A stretch of DNA of 61,796 bases, filler included, from Ionaspis alba (lineage: Eukaryota): NCBI GenBank assembly GCA_964255285.1. It is 5 parts of 5 records of this genome, joined end to end, with 100 filler letters (N's around TTAATTAATTAA, not from the genome) between each part and the next. Parts side by side here need not be neighbours in the genome. Positions count along the whole stretch, not along the records: positions 24,839 to 37,116 come from CAXUUL010000519.1; positions 37,217 to 49,457 come from CAXUUL010000520.1; 3 more parts are not named here. One strand, 5' to 3'. Below are positions 24,839 to 39,605 of this stretch, one piece after another. The notes beneath the pieces are model-generated. The model had not been told where the DNA came from. It worked only from the letters and a program-made list of their open reading frames with translations, and did not search any database. How positions within the stretch are numbered: position 1 is the stretch's first letter; each line of letters starts with the position of its first letter. The position numbers and the translations under genes were made by a program.

Positions 24839-25195
24839 AATTAGCGTTGTTTGTATGTATTGTTGCGGCTCTCGCGATCTGTAGATGATCTACTTGTTAG
24901 TAGAGCTTGCACTTGAATTTTATGTTCCTCCGTCGGAAGCTTGATATTTCCCAGCTCATATTGCTTACGCGCAGCGGCACAGTCATGATATACATTTAGT
25001 GATTACGTGAATTCAAACGGCATTTTAACCTAAATCCTAATGCATGTATATCGATTCTGTTAGAATTCTCAACAATACAGCCAAATAGTCTTGATTACGA
25101 TTGGATTCGTGAAAAAGAGCTTGTGTCTACTTGTAATCAGTAGTCGACCCCCTTCACAGCACAGTAAAATCTACGAATCTGCTATTGTCTCTCGA

Positions 25196-26723
25196 TCAAG
25201 ACACACCGCTATTGAAATACGCTGGCTTCCATAAGAACATAAAGTAAATCGAGGTCAACACAAAAGGCACACTCAAACCTCCCAGAATAGCCCACCTTAC
25301 ATACCCGGGATCACTGATAGATAAAATCGTCGCCAACAACGAGACAGGCAGAAACAGTGCCGCAAACTTCGACACCCACCCCACAATCTTCCCCTCCCGA
25401 ATCGAAGCCTCCCCGACCAAGAAACTCACATCCTGCTCCAGAGCCTTCAACACACCATCCATGTCGCCCGCCAGGAACGCAAAGTCCTGCTTCTGCTCCG
25501 CGATGTCATCGCCACCGCGGAGATCCGCGACGCGCAGCGAATAGCGCAGGATCCGCTGCTGTTCGTGGGTGTAGCGGTGCAGAGCGCGCGAGACGTGAAT
25601 GAAGAAGGGGATGCTCTCCGGGAAGTGGGCGTCGCAGTGCCGCCCAAGAATCCGGTTCATGATGTGCCTGGCGTACGCCAGGAACATGACGCAGTTACTT
25701 TCCACGATCTTCAGGACGGGCCGCAGAGCGAGCTGTTCGTGGTCGTCGAAGAGAGCCTTGGCTTCGTCGGGCGTCAGACGTTGGATCCATGACATGAGCT
25801 CTCGTCGAGTTGATGTTTGGCGCCGGCGGTCGTCAGTCTTGAGGTTCTCAGTAGCATCACCATCATCGACCAATGTGATTGGGTTCGGCATGTGGGACGT
25901 GGGCAGGACATCGGAAAGGAGTTGATCGGTAAGAATGATGCCTGGAGGATGCGTAGAATGTTAGACTTCCTCAAAGTATCCAAAATGTTGCTTGTTTCCC
26001 TGTCGGTCTTGGCTTACCAATTCTTGAGCCCCTTTTCTTGTATACTGAGATTTTCTCAAAGATAAAATAATCAGGAAGGGCATCATGTATAATATGTATG
26101 CCTCTTGGGGTGGTGGTCTCACTACCCCTTAGCTTGAATGCCCTCTCTCCTCCGCCCTCAATATAGTACGGCCGCCGATATTCCGCTGTATAGAAGGAAG
26201 CCTTCCTAAAATAATCTGGCAGAAGGTATGGCGCTCTGGCACGACCACGCGGCCCTAGGAATTCCTGATAGCCCATGCGATATAATTCTGTGCCTTCCAG
26301 GTGGTTGGCAAAGAATTCAGGTTCAAGCTCATATATAGTGCCTAAGGCTTCAATCGTTGCCCGTGAGATGCCTTTAGCGATAATGAGAGTGCCTGTTCGT
26401 TCTTTGTTTTCGCTGATTGCCAGTTCAAAGTCTCTTAGAGTAGAACATTTGATGACCGGGTCTGGCTTTCCAGACTTTGGAAAATGGACAACCTTAATGT
26501 CGAAATGCTTCATTCTACTGGCCAGGTTGACTGCGAAACCCTTCGCACAAGGGTCCATGAACGTTTGAAGGCTCTCTAGCCATGGTCGATGATGCAAATT
26601 GAGTTGAACAACTCTGTCATAATATGTGCTTGGGGGCATAATCCAGGTCTCATCTTGTTGATCATGCTTTTCATGCCCTTTTTCAAGGTCGTTCGTGCTA
26701 CTTACGAGCTCAGGTCCGCCCAT
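25196..26723 (-). CDS. Fungal CorA-like membrane protein (soluble N-terminus plus two C-terminal TM helices), 2 exons
   Basis: Intron about 25942-26017 gives KISVYKKRGSRI|GIILTD; LEPEFFANHL motif; coiled helix followed by VSKFAALFLPVSLLATILSI and WAILGGLSVPFVLTSIYF, the CorA-like tail architecture. Confidence 0.7.
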
Positions 26724-27516
26724 GGTATAGAGAGGTCAAGATCGCTATAGTGACTTACCTGGGGAAGTAAACAGACTACCTCAGTTTATACCGTCAATTC
26801 GTCCTTTCGGGCTGTGCATGCAAGTCCCTCGTTTGGGCGGTCCAGCTGAGGAAAGCCGCAGGCGCCACACATTTTGGAACTAGGCATTTATACTTCGCAC
26901 TGCTCAAGTGATGGAGTATGAGAGTATCACTTGAGATTTACGAGTGCTTTAAGCAATGACCACAGTTCCTAAAATAACAATATGTTCTCGAAGTTTGAAA
27001 TGTAAAGCTACGAAATGCGCAATTAGACGAACGCTGAGCTTTCGCTGGAAGATCGCAATAAGGGCGAGAGCCTAACGCATTCCCCAAAACCCGAGGCGTT
27101 GTCCGTCCGACATCTTGGCCCGCATCAAATTGAAATCAGCCTGTTGACATCCATCTGATCATAAACGTAGGGCAGAATTTTTGCCCGGTTCCGGCCACAG
27201 GTACATTACAGGAGCGAATGAGGTTGCTTGTATGTCACGGGATCCAAGGAGTCGAAATAAGTCCCTGGCTCACCAGTTCTGGCCATTGTTCATCGTGCAT
27301 CGTGACTCACCTTTCTTAATCCACTTGCTCACTCAGTCTAGCTCAGGCTTGCTCACCATCGGCACAGACTATAACAGCAAGAACCCATTCCGAAGGCGGA
27401 AACAGATATGGCTCATCTCGAGGTTCCGACGTCAAAGACACTATTTTTGTTGCCAAAATGCAGATGCACAATTGCTTACGGAATTGAATTTCAATCATTA
27501 TCATTAACCGTCATGA

Positions 27517-28358
27517 TTAAGTGCCCGGCAGCTCCACCGCTCCCCTCCCAATTACAGTCCTTCCCCTCTCCGGTAACTCCGAGACCACTCGTCTTTCTTC
27601 CGTCCTCGGTTTCCCTCCCAACTCACTCGGCACTCCGTCATATCCTCCGTCGACAATGCTTGAATGTTGTGATCTATACATGTACTGAGGTTCTCCTTGG
27701 AAGGGTGGTCGAAGGGGTATATTCGCGTCACTATTTCGCTTCTTCTGCCTCCTTCTAAAGAGAAAGAAGGCGAGTGCAAGGGCGATTAGGACGACTGGGA
27801 TACTGACCCCGAGAGCGATGGGGAGAGTATTAGGTGATCTAGGGGCGGTATCAGGAGATGTGGTCGGTGAGGAGGTAGGCGTAGTAGTAGAGCCGGATGA
27901 GGTGGCTGTAGATGATTTCGTGATGTTGAAATAATGCGAGTTAAAGAAAGGTTTGTCAGGAAAGTTGACGCCGAGGAAGAAAACAGGAGATTTCTTGAGG
28001 TCGAAACTGTAGGTCTGCACTACCCAGCTGAAGTGCGATGATTCCGGATCGCCTTTTGCTTTAGCTAGGGGATATCAGCATAACTTCATGATTCGCGTAA
28101 TCGATACGAGGTACCGAAGATAATGGGTCCTTGCTGCGCGGCTCCTTTTGATAGATTTTGTTGCCATAGGGTTATATTGTAACCTTGAATGGTAGTCACC
28201 CAGCGAATGTCTTGAGTCGTACCCTGCTGTAGCTCGAGGTTCTTCGCATATACAGCAGCAGGTCCCGCTTCCGGTGGATTGACAAAGTAGTCCGCAGCCT
28301 GGACAGTGTTGAACAGACAAAGGATAAAGAGGAATAGAAAAAGCAATGAAGAGGACAT
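27517..28358 (-). CDS. Single-pass cell-surface protein (Mid2/Wsc-like layout), 2 exons
   Basis: Signal MSSSLLFLFLFILCLFNTVQA; extracellular FVNPP..ITLWQQ..SHYFNIT; S/T stalk; TM IALGVSIPVVLIALALAFFLF then RRRQKK; ELP/ELG cytoplasmic repeats. Intron about 28060-28113. Confidence 0.75.
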
Positions 28359-29245
28359 TGCTCTTGATATAAACAGGAATATTGAAATGATGCTGAGAAG
28401 TAACGGGAATTGGTTTGGTGGAACCGAAGCCCAACATTCATATTATGAAGTGCGAATTGCCTAGGGTATATCTTCTGCATTCACAAAAGATAAAAACAAG
28501 AGGAGGACAGAGCCCAAGCTGATCTCGAATTAGTATCCAGACACACTCAGCCTGCCAACCAATTGTATAAGGACGGGCCACTCTGGTGCTTGGACTGCCA
28601 TGCTCGTCCTGCATAGTATGGCATTGATTCTGCAACGTGGATGCGGGGATGATGCCTGCCTTGTAGGATCTGCTACGTCTTAGCGATCAATAAGGCGTAA
28701 TGAAAGCGACAGATAGAGGGCCTGTATGGTCTCTACGGTCCTATCAGCCTCGTAGGATGCAGCTTCAATCCTGCACTGCCGAGCTCAAACGCTGTGGTGG
28801 AGCTAAAGTTTCAGAAAGCTACCTTCGGTCCTGCTGTTTGTCCGAGACTTGTTCTCGATGGTCTGTTGAAACAGAAACACCCGATACTTGTTGCGGTCAA
28901 AGAATCTTGATCAGATATGTATATATCGAATATGGCTTGGACAGTGAAGCTTCAAGAAGAAGTAGCAAGGAAGACGAGTAGCATCGAGTCGCGCGTGGCT
29001 GTTGTAAGGACTAATGTGGGGCGATCGATCACAGGTGGACTAGGGAAGTCGTTAGCCGTTCCTCAGAGGCTTGTACTATGCTGCTTCCCAATCGTAACTT
29101 CAGCATCAGCGACTAGTCGCGCCATTAATAGTGCACCATGACATTGGCGCATCACGTCCACCAGACTAGGTGTCACCAATGGACTGATTTTTGGGTTTCT
29201 GCTCTGGTTTCAATTTTGTACATTTTGGCTAACAGTGAAAGAACA

Positions 29246-30596
29246 ATGTTGCTGTCTTTACAGCAGCGACCTTCAGCTTTGCAAATCAAAATAATAATTG
29301 GCAGCGTCTTTCTCTTCTGTACCCTCTTCCTTGTCATCCGGAGTACTTCCGTCTCACAACTTCGAAGCTTGCGTCTGAAAAGACCCCAGGCGCAAAGGCT
29401 CACTGAGGATGTTTTCAACTCGACTCTTGGAGTAGGCTGGTCTGAGAAAGTCTAGTGATCGAAGCTGACTATTACCCAGTTTGAGAAAATATTCGTGATC
29501 AACCTACCCTCCCGTACAGACCATCGCGATGGCATACTCCTCGCCTCAACCTTGACCAATATCAAAGTCGACTGGATAGACGGTGTGAAGGGAGAGGATG
29601 TCTTGGACAAAGTGTTGCCACCTCAGGCAAGAGGAGGAAAGTTCCAGCCTGCAAACATCGGGAGCTGGAGGGCGCATATCAACGCAATCGCGGCGTGAGT
29701 CGCTCTTTACTGCAGCAACGGGTCGCATACATATGAGGTTGACGAGGTTCTCTTACAGTGTTGTGCAACAAAATCTCACGTCCGCCCTGATCCTCGAAGA
29801 CGATGCCGACTGGGACATCCGGATAAAACAACAACTCCACGACTATGCACTGTCGACTCAAGCCTTGATTCAACCACTGGCCTTGAATCCCTCTACCTAC
29901 ATAGATCCGACGTTCCCAACCCCTCCAGATCCATCCACTATGTCTCCTGATATCACGTTCGCGAGCCTGCCATCAACCATCCCACCCACAGTATCTCCGT
30001 ACGGAGACGGGTGGGATCTCCTTTGGCTTGGCCACTGCGGCATGACTCTTCCATCAACGCGATCAGAAGCTCTCAGATCCATCTCGATGAAACAACCCAA
30101 AGGCCGAGTAATTCATTCAAACGACGAGACCGTTCCCTTGAGCACATATCTCAACTTGCTTGAGGCCGAAGAGAATGTGCGAGTGCTGTATCCAAACCAT
30201 ACCCGTGTCACGCACCACGTCGCTGGCGCAATCTGCTCTTTGGGCTACGCTGTCAGCCAAGCTGGAGCTCGACGACTTCTCTACAACTTGGGCATGAAGA
30301 CTTTCGACCAACCTTTTGATCTGATGTTGAACTCGTTCTGTGAAGGGACGCATATGCAGGATTATCATTTGTGTCTTACGGTGCAACCGCAACTCTTTGA
30401 TCACCATCGACCGGCTGGAAGGACAAGCCAGGATAGTGATATCACGGATCATGGGGATGAGGTACGGGAAAAGGCGTTCACGGCGAATATTCGGTATAGC
30501 ACGAAAATGAATGTGGAGAAGCTGCTGAAGGGAGATATGCAGTATGACGACCAATACCCGGATTCACCATCCGATGCGGCTCCATCAGCAACTTGA
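29246..30596 (+). CDS. Glycosyltransferase family 25 protein (type II membrane), 3 exons
   Basis: N-terminal TM; FNSTLG|FEKIFVINLPSRTDHRD; GSWRAHINA; ALILEDDADWD; WDLLWLGHC. Introns about 29433-29479 and 29695-29758. Confidence 0.88.
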
Positions 30597-31479
30597 AACA
30601 GCACACTCCACATTGTAATGCAACTTTACGCGCTAGACTACCTCATTGATTCGGACCCAGCAGCCCTGCCGATGTTCTAGAAAGCAGCTCGCCACCATAC
30701 TCTCATTGCTACGACACAAGAGGGTCAAGCTTCATCCTCATACGAGACGGTGCTTCCAGTCCATGGTTCGAGTCCTCGACGACTTGCTATGCACAGGACA
30801 ACAAGTAAAGTCTGCATTCATATGTACAGAGCATCCAAAGTAATGCTCATATTATCTTGGGATAGTACGAGTTATCGATAGGGAAGGGTACTGTCATGAC
30901 AGCTCCATTAGGATCATGTTAGCGGGCTTCAAACAATGGAATGGTGGAAGGAGGTTGCTGAGATCGTGGTCCGTCACGGAGAATCTTGGCCAGAGCACTT
31001 GTGGGCGAGCAAACTATTAGAAACCGGTTCACCTATGTGTATATAAATAAGGATCAGCAAGGTCGCTTCTGATTGTTACTCCTTTTAATCCCTGGGTCTT
31101 GGCGCGTTTGCCGGCACTAGTGGATTTATGAAAGGTTCGCGCTACGACGCGTGATCTACCTTGTCCTCGAGAGCTTCTCGCAACTCATCTTCAAGTCTGC
31201 CATAATTCAGGTGGTAAAGCTGACGATTACCTCTCCGCCATTTGTCTTGTACTCTACAATCGCGTTTGTTCGATGTTTGAAAGCTTTTGCCATCAGTGAT
31301 ATTATAAATCGTTCTGTCAGGAAGACCGAATCTATCGAGTCTCAATCTTCTCGTGTTATTGTGTGTTGCTCGCCAGTGTTTGTGAACAGCGACGAGACCT
31401 CCGAGAGCTATAGTCAAACATAATTAACATAACTGTCTTTCGAGTTCGAATCAGCACACATACTTGAGTCAGGGTTGCC

Positions 31480-33468
31480 ATGAGTTCTATCTGCAGTGGA
31501 GAGGAGAATCCCGCAGGCAAGGGAAGTGGAAACCATAGAGCACAAAGTATCGCAAGTGACCGAAGTGACGGATCTATCAAGGAAACGACCGACGATGATT
31601 ACGAGAAAGATCACGAACATGATGAGTGGCCATGGCTATACAGAATGTTTGCCAGAGTCAAGCAGGAGGTCGACGGCAAGCCGAATCAGGAAGTAGCTGA
31701 GTGTAAAGCATACCTGATCCAACGCTCCTGGATCAGAAGCAATTTCTATCAAGAAATGGAAGAGCCCACTCAGGAGATGTCAGACCTCGCGTTAACTCTC
31801 TTTGACCGTTGGGGCCATCTAAAGTCAGAATTCAAGGATCATCATGTCAAGAAAGGCACTGGAGTATGGGGAGACGAGCTCGATTATGGAGAGCTCCTGC
31901 TGGTTGAGGAGTTGATGGTGGAGGAGGACTTCAGACGACAGGGCATGGGGAAGAAGCTTGTGGATGAGATATGGGAAAGAGCAAGGACGAGGGATCCGGA
32001 ATGCAAATTTGCACTTACTTGGCCAGGTGAACTTAATACTACGAACGAGCGCATCAAGACAATGGATATGTCAGCAGCAGAGGCAAAGGAGAACTACCAT
32101 CGCAATCAGGCAACTGCTGTAGCATTCTTCAGGGCTATGGGATTTCGTCGGATCGGGTCGACAGGTTGGTTCGGTCTCGCTGCAGATCCCGAACACCCCT
32201 CACACAAGCTCTCTGCGGAGTATGACTATAACCCTCCAAAAGATACGCAGCTGATTCAGCCAACACCTATTCACGATGCCTTCAATGCCATTCTCAATCC
32301 TCAATTTGAGTCTGTCCAGGCCGCAGCCAAGTACTGCTATGAAGAGCGATCACCTGATCATTTTACATCAGCAGTGCTTAAAATGTTCAGCGACCGGTGC
32401 ATTCGCCATCATCAGCCAGACCCTGCATGGGGTGCCCTTGATCGAAAAGGAAATACCATACTTCATCTTCTGGCCAATCCCTCTATGATCGATCCCTTGA
32501 AGTGGTTGCTACATATGCCGTTCTCGAAGAACCTCCTTGAGGTTCGAAATCATGAGGGAGAGACTCCAGCAGAGGTTTTCCAGTCCTTCCTTGAATCTAG
32601 TAGAGTCACGCGAACGCTAGGATCAAGGGCTTTTGATGTTTCGGATGAATTTCGAGGGTATACCTCAAGCGAAGTGGAGTGTCTCCTGATGCTCCGGGGT
32701 ATTACCAATCCATCTGCGGAAGANNNNNNNNNNNNNNNNNNNNNNNNNNNNNNNNNNNNNNNNNNNNNNNNNNNNNNNNNNNNNNNNNNNNNNNNNNNNN
32801 NNNNNNNNNNNNNNNNNNNNNNNAATCCATCTGCGGAAGAAATAACACGTGCGACCTACGGCTGCACATGCGGGACGTGCAACAGTTTCCTCAGTCCTCG
32901 AATGAGGTTCGCTCTTGAGGTTCAAGCTGATCTACTGTACGATATGATGAAGGAGGTTGGAGCAGTGTTCGATAGGCCAGCGCAATGGGTTCAGTGGAAC
33001 TGTGACCACCTCAAACATCTCAGCAAAGAGGTTCACAAAAGTCTTAAGACTAGTAAGACCATGCGGCAAGGCGTAGCCAATGTCTTCCAATACGTGCTCA
33101 AATGCCTTCATATGAACCACTTTCCGAATACTTCGCAGATTCTCAAAATGGCGGCACTCTCTAAAGAACCGCGTTCTTGTACCAAAAACTTTCTGCAACG
33201 TGGTGGCACCGTTGATGCGGTGGTGCAAGCTTGCTTCGACACTGTCATCGATCTAGATATATATCTTGGGAACGGCGAATATGAAGAAGAATACGCCGAG
33301 GATATTGTCACTCGTCCTAAGTGCAGGAATGATAGGGAATTCGAATTCGCGAGGCGTCTGTTCACTCTGGAAGAAAAGAAACAATCGCCTGCGCCGGATT
33401 CGAGATTAGGGAAGAGGAGCCTCGGAGGGGATGAGACGAGCGGACTTCGTTCCGCCAAGAAGCGCTGA
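31480..33468 (+). CDS. GNAT acetyltransferase-ankyrin repeat fusion protein with a Cys-motif C-terminal domain
   Basis: GNAT motif A VEEDFRRQGMGKKLV and motif B AVAFFRAMGFRRIG; ankyrin-like GNTILHLLA and NHEGETP; GCTCGTC..FLSPRM and PKCRND. The gap at 32724-32823 looks like a 17-bp overlap that stays in frame when collapsed. Confidence 0.75.
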   Translation: MSSICSGEENPAGKGSGNHRAQSIASDRSDGSIKETTDDDYEKDHEHDEWPWLYRMFARVKQEVDGKPNQEVAECKAYLIQRSWIRSNFYQEMEEPTQEMSDLALTLFDRWGHLKSEFKDHHVKKGTGVWGDELDYGELLLVEELMVEEDFRRQGMGKKLVDEIWERARTRDPECKFALTWPGELNTTNERIKTMDMSAAEAKENYHRNQATAVAFFRAMGFRRIGSTGWFGLAADPEHPSHKLSAEYDYNPPKDTQLIQPTPIHDAFNAILNPQFESVQAAAKYCYEERSPDHFTSAVLKMFSDRCIRHHQPDPAWGALDRKGNTILHLLANPSMIDPLKWLLHMPFSKNLLEVRNHEGETPAEVFQSFLESSRVTRTLGSRAFDVSDEFRGYTSSEVECLLMLRGITNPSAEXXXXXXXXXXXXXXXXXXXXXXXXXXXXXXXXXXNPSAEEITRATYGCTCGTCNSFLSPRMRFALEVQADLLYDMMKEVGAVFDRPAQWVQWNCDHLKHLSKEVHKSLKTSKTMRQGVANVFQYVLKCLHMNHFPNTSQILKMAALSKEPRSCTKNFLQRGGTVDAVVQACFDTVIDLDIYLGNGEYEEEYAEDIVTRPKCRNDREFEFARRLFTLEEKKQSPAPDSRLGKRSLGGDETSGLRSAKKR

Positions 33469-33549
33469 GAGGGAATACTGAAATACAGGACTGTACACAT
33501 GCTTGAGTTTTGTACCTATATTCTGTACTTCAGGTCTTGATTGAGGAGC

Positions 33550-33790
33550 TGATGTGGCATTTTCACCAAAGACTTGAGTTGTCCAACCGTGCGACCTGTC
33601 GTAAAGCATAACAACGGCGGTATCTAAATCTATTTCGAAAAAGCATTGGATCTTTGCGATACCGAATCTTTCCACATAGATGTCGGCCTCAATACCTCGT
33701 CCTAATGTTGCAAGAGCTGTGGATGATTTTTCGCGAATATGAAAACCGACGTCGAGAGCTAGTATACCTTTACATAGCAAGTCTTATATC
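33550..33790 (-). pseudogene. Truncated fragment of the FHA-like N-terminal domain of a fungal protein kinase
   Basis: LDVGFHI...LATLGRG.EADIYVE..IAKIQCFFEIDLDTAVVMLYDRSHGWTTQVFGENAT (FHA-like GR...S/H pattern). The resemblance stops abruptly, there is no kinase domain, and the frame has no ATG. Confidence 0.55.
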
Positions 33791-34034
33791 GAAGAATCGG
33801 ATATCAGAGATTCAAAGCTGTTATCTCAGCGCAATGCGTGAAGGATATAGCCATCTTGAGATCTCAATTCGTTCAACTACAGTATCGAAAGAGTTTATTG
33901 CTATGCGGCTCCCAAACAGAGTTACCTTCCCGATAGCCCTCTGAAGGGATTAGAGATATCGCAAGATGGACTCGCCTGCTATAGTTGTGTAATGCACTAT
34001 GCCGTGTTGGGCTGGTGTCTTCTGCAATCAATTT

Positions 34035-34056
34035 ACGCGGTCGCGTCAAGTCGCGT
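34035..34056. promoter_or_regulatory. Cluster of MCB-like CGCG elements upstream of MCM3
   Basis: ACGCGG-TCGCGT-caag-TCGCGT about 100-120 bp upstream of the MCM3 ATG. Confidence 0.45.
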
Positions 34057-34154
34057 CCCACTCAACCTCCCAGTCCTAGACTCACAACCATAGTCGCTGT
34101 TCAATCCTCCATTATCACCTGGGTAGAAGCTGGAGTCCTGATACTGTCTCAATC

Positions 34155-37070
<2,916 letters not shown>

Positions 37071-37116
37071 TGAGTTTTACGCTTTCTTTGTGTTTTTTTT
37101 CCTGCGCATGCTCTGG

Positions 37117-37216
37117 NNNNNNNNNNNNNNNNNNNNNNNNNNNNNNNNNNNNNNNNNNNNTTAATTAATTAANNNNNNNNNNNNNNNNNNNNNNNNNNNN
37201 NNNNNNNNNNNNNNNN
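37117..37216. other. Artificial scaffold-joining linker
   Basis: N44-TTAATTAATTAA-N44. Confidence 0.97.
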
Positions 37217-37482
37217 ATGACTCACATCGGTCGTAGACATCGCCGACGTCTACTTATGTAGCAATCTTCCCCAATCCATTCATCAGTATTTACATCCAGA
37301 TACCCTGAACCTCGAATGATACAAGCCAGTAGCAGTGTTTACGGAAACGGTCCTCGTACTACAACGTCCGTCTGATCTACCTTATCATTGGCCCAGTATG
37401 TCAAGTGTCTTGCTAGTCAATGCTGGTTTGATGGACTAATTCGAGCCAAAGAACTCCTTGTAAGCAATTTTCAAGCTCCGAG

Positions 37483-37992
37483 ATGTCTGGATCCAGGACT
37501 ACCAAGCTCTTCGAGCGCACACGTGACCAGTATTTCGTCTCATCAGACCCCTCGCTTCTCTCCCTTTCCGCAATCAACGCCGCCTTTGGCACAAAAGAAA
37601 TGTACTGGGCCACTCCGCTTCCCGAAACCGATATGAGCACTTTATTAGACAACTCCTTCTGTTTTGGCCTCTACACTTCCAAGGGATCGTACAAAAAGCA
37701 AATAGGTCTGGCGCGTCTCATCACCGACCATGTCACTTTGGCCTACTTGACCGACGTCTACGTCGATCCGGAAGAGCAAGGCAAAGGACTAGGTACTTGG
37801 CTGATTGAGTGCGTCGATGAATGGCTGAAAGGATTAAATCATCTGAGGGCGACCTTGCTGGTTGCTGGTGTTGGAACTGGAGAGGAGTTCTACGCCAAGA
37901 AGTTGGGTATGAAGAGATGGAGTCGGGAGAAGAGCGGTGCTATAGTGATGGAGAGGCCAGGGCCCGACTATGATGGAAAGGCAGTGGAGTGA
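37483..37992 (+). CDS. GNAT family N-acetyltransferase
   Basis: QIGLARLITDHVTLAYLTDVYVDPEEQGKGLGTWL (motif A) and FYAKKLGM. Confidence 0.9.
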   Translation: MSGSRTTKLFERTRDQYFVSSDPSLLSLSAINAAFGTKEMYWATPLPETDMSTLLDNSFCFGLYTSKGSYKKQIGLARLITDHVTLAYLTDVYVDPEEQGKGLGTWLIECVDEWLKGLNHLRATLLVAGVGTGEEFYAKKLGMKRWSREKSGAIVMERPGPDYDGKAVE

Positions 37993-38624
37993 GCTGTGTT
38001 TTGGAGGGATGACATTGAGAATTATCTGTTGTACTGGGCTGTTTATCGCGACAGCCATTCGTCAAGGCCTCAGCAAAAAGATGTTCGACCTTTTACATCG
38101 ACACTTCACGTCCCAAGATTAGAACGAGCTCGGCTTCATGCTAATGCATACGCCCAAATATTTCGTCTTCCTGCAGAGCAGTCTTCCGGAACAGAGCAAG
38201 GAGAGGCTCGTTATCCATGCGTGACTGATGATTCCCAGTTTGGGCTGTAAATATAGTTAGGTTGGTGAAATTTTGTCAATGTGGTTTGCTCTACTTCTTC
38301 GAGGTTCTATTGTTCTCCGTCCGACCATGATTATTGACCCACAACCGATAAGTACATTCTCTTTGAGTTTGAAGCTCTCTTGTACTAAGTCCCTATTGGG
38401 CAATGTCCAGAATGAGTGTGGATAATCGGCTATTCAGTCCAAATTCTAATTGAGGCATTTTATATATGACCGGTTCTTGCACCTCATTTCCTCCGTCATA
38501 GTTATCGCAAAATTGAGCAATATATTGCCGTTATCACTACTCTACACTTCGTAAATTCTTCGCATTGTCATCTGCGAATATTCTAATCACCGTACATTAC
38601 CACACCATCAGACACTAAATCATC

Positions 38625-39605
38625 ATGTCTGTCAACTTCTCATCACACCTTCGTCCTACCTCGATCTCAATGACGGAGGAGCCGCGCCCCAAGTCTCAAC
38701 GCAAGTCTACGTTCGGTCAGAACCAGCCGAACTTCGTATTCGAGGACCCTGCCCGCGCCACAGTCCAAGCACCTCGGGAGGCACGGCTCCTGAAGATGGC
38801 TCCAGCAGGGCCATATCTAGGTCCTTGTGGCGAGGTCACAGCTCATCTGACGCCCAAGGATTCGATGGACTGGATCCATCAATTCACTTGCCCGTACGGT
38901 AGAGAGGCAATCCTAACGGCGGTACGGCCAATGGTCAACCTCGTCCTCAAGCATCCCGACAGCTATGACGGCAACGCACACTTCATGGCCGCAGCCGTTG
39001 TCAAGCATTTCGGGTATTGGTTCAGCCACCGCCGCGACCATCACATCGAGCTCGGGATAATGTACGACCGCCCACTAGGGCTCACCTGGATCGAATCTCT
39101 GGATAAAGCCATACGGGGCACCATCAACCAGGCAGAGATGAACCAGAGAATCGCCGAGGAGCTAGAGCTCACGGCCAGAGTACTACGAAAGCTTCCCCAC
39201 CTGATCCAGTGGGCCTTGGTCAAGAACCACAAATTGCTGCTTCCTTACATCGACGAGGAGTACAACCAGCCACTGGTGCTCAGCTGCCCGCCCTCGCCAG
39301 GTCTCACATCAATGTGTCGCCAGTACAAGGAGAAATTCCGGCTCATGATGAAGTACGCCTTCATCGATATGACAGTGCTCCGGCATGAGGCGTTCGAGGG
39401 GCAGGCCGAGCAATGGATACGAGTATCCGATAGGCAGGCCCTCTGGATTGACGAGATCGAAGGGGCCACGGATCGACGGGTGGAGGAGATCTTAGAAGTG
39501 GAGGCTAGGGTTCTGGATGACCGCAGTGGGAGAAATGAAAGGCTTGCAGATGGACGGACGGTAGGATATGGAGGAAGGGAAAACGATGAGAACAGATTGT
39601 TCTGA
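38625..39605 (+). CDS. Hypothetical protein (326 aa), intronless; paralogue of 40238-41266
   Basis: Long ORF with coding-like codon bias; TATA-like at about 38461; shares motif blocks with the downstream ORF. Confidence 0.75.
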   Translation: MSVNFSSHLRPTSISMTEEPRPKSQRKSTFGQNQPNFVFEDPARATVQAPREARLLKMAPAGPYLGPCGEVTAHLTPKDSMDWIHQFTCPYGREAILTAVRPMVNLVLKHPDSYDGNAHFMAAAVVKHFGYWFSHRRDHHIELGIMYDRPLGLTWIESLDKAIRGTINQAEMNQRIAEELELTARVLRKLPHLIQWALVKNHKLLLPYIDEEYNQPLVLSCPPSPGLTSMCRQYKEKFRLMMKYAFIDMTVLRHEAFEGQAEQWIRVSDRQALWIDEIEGATDRRVEEILEVEARVLDDRSGRNERLADGRTVGYGGRENDENRLF

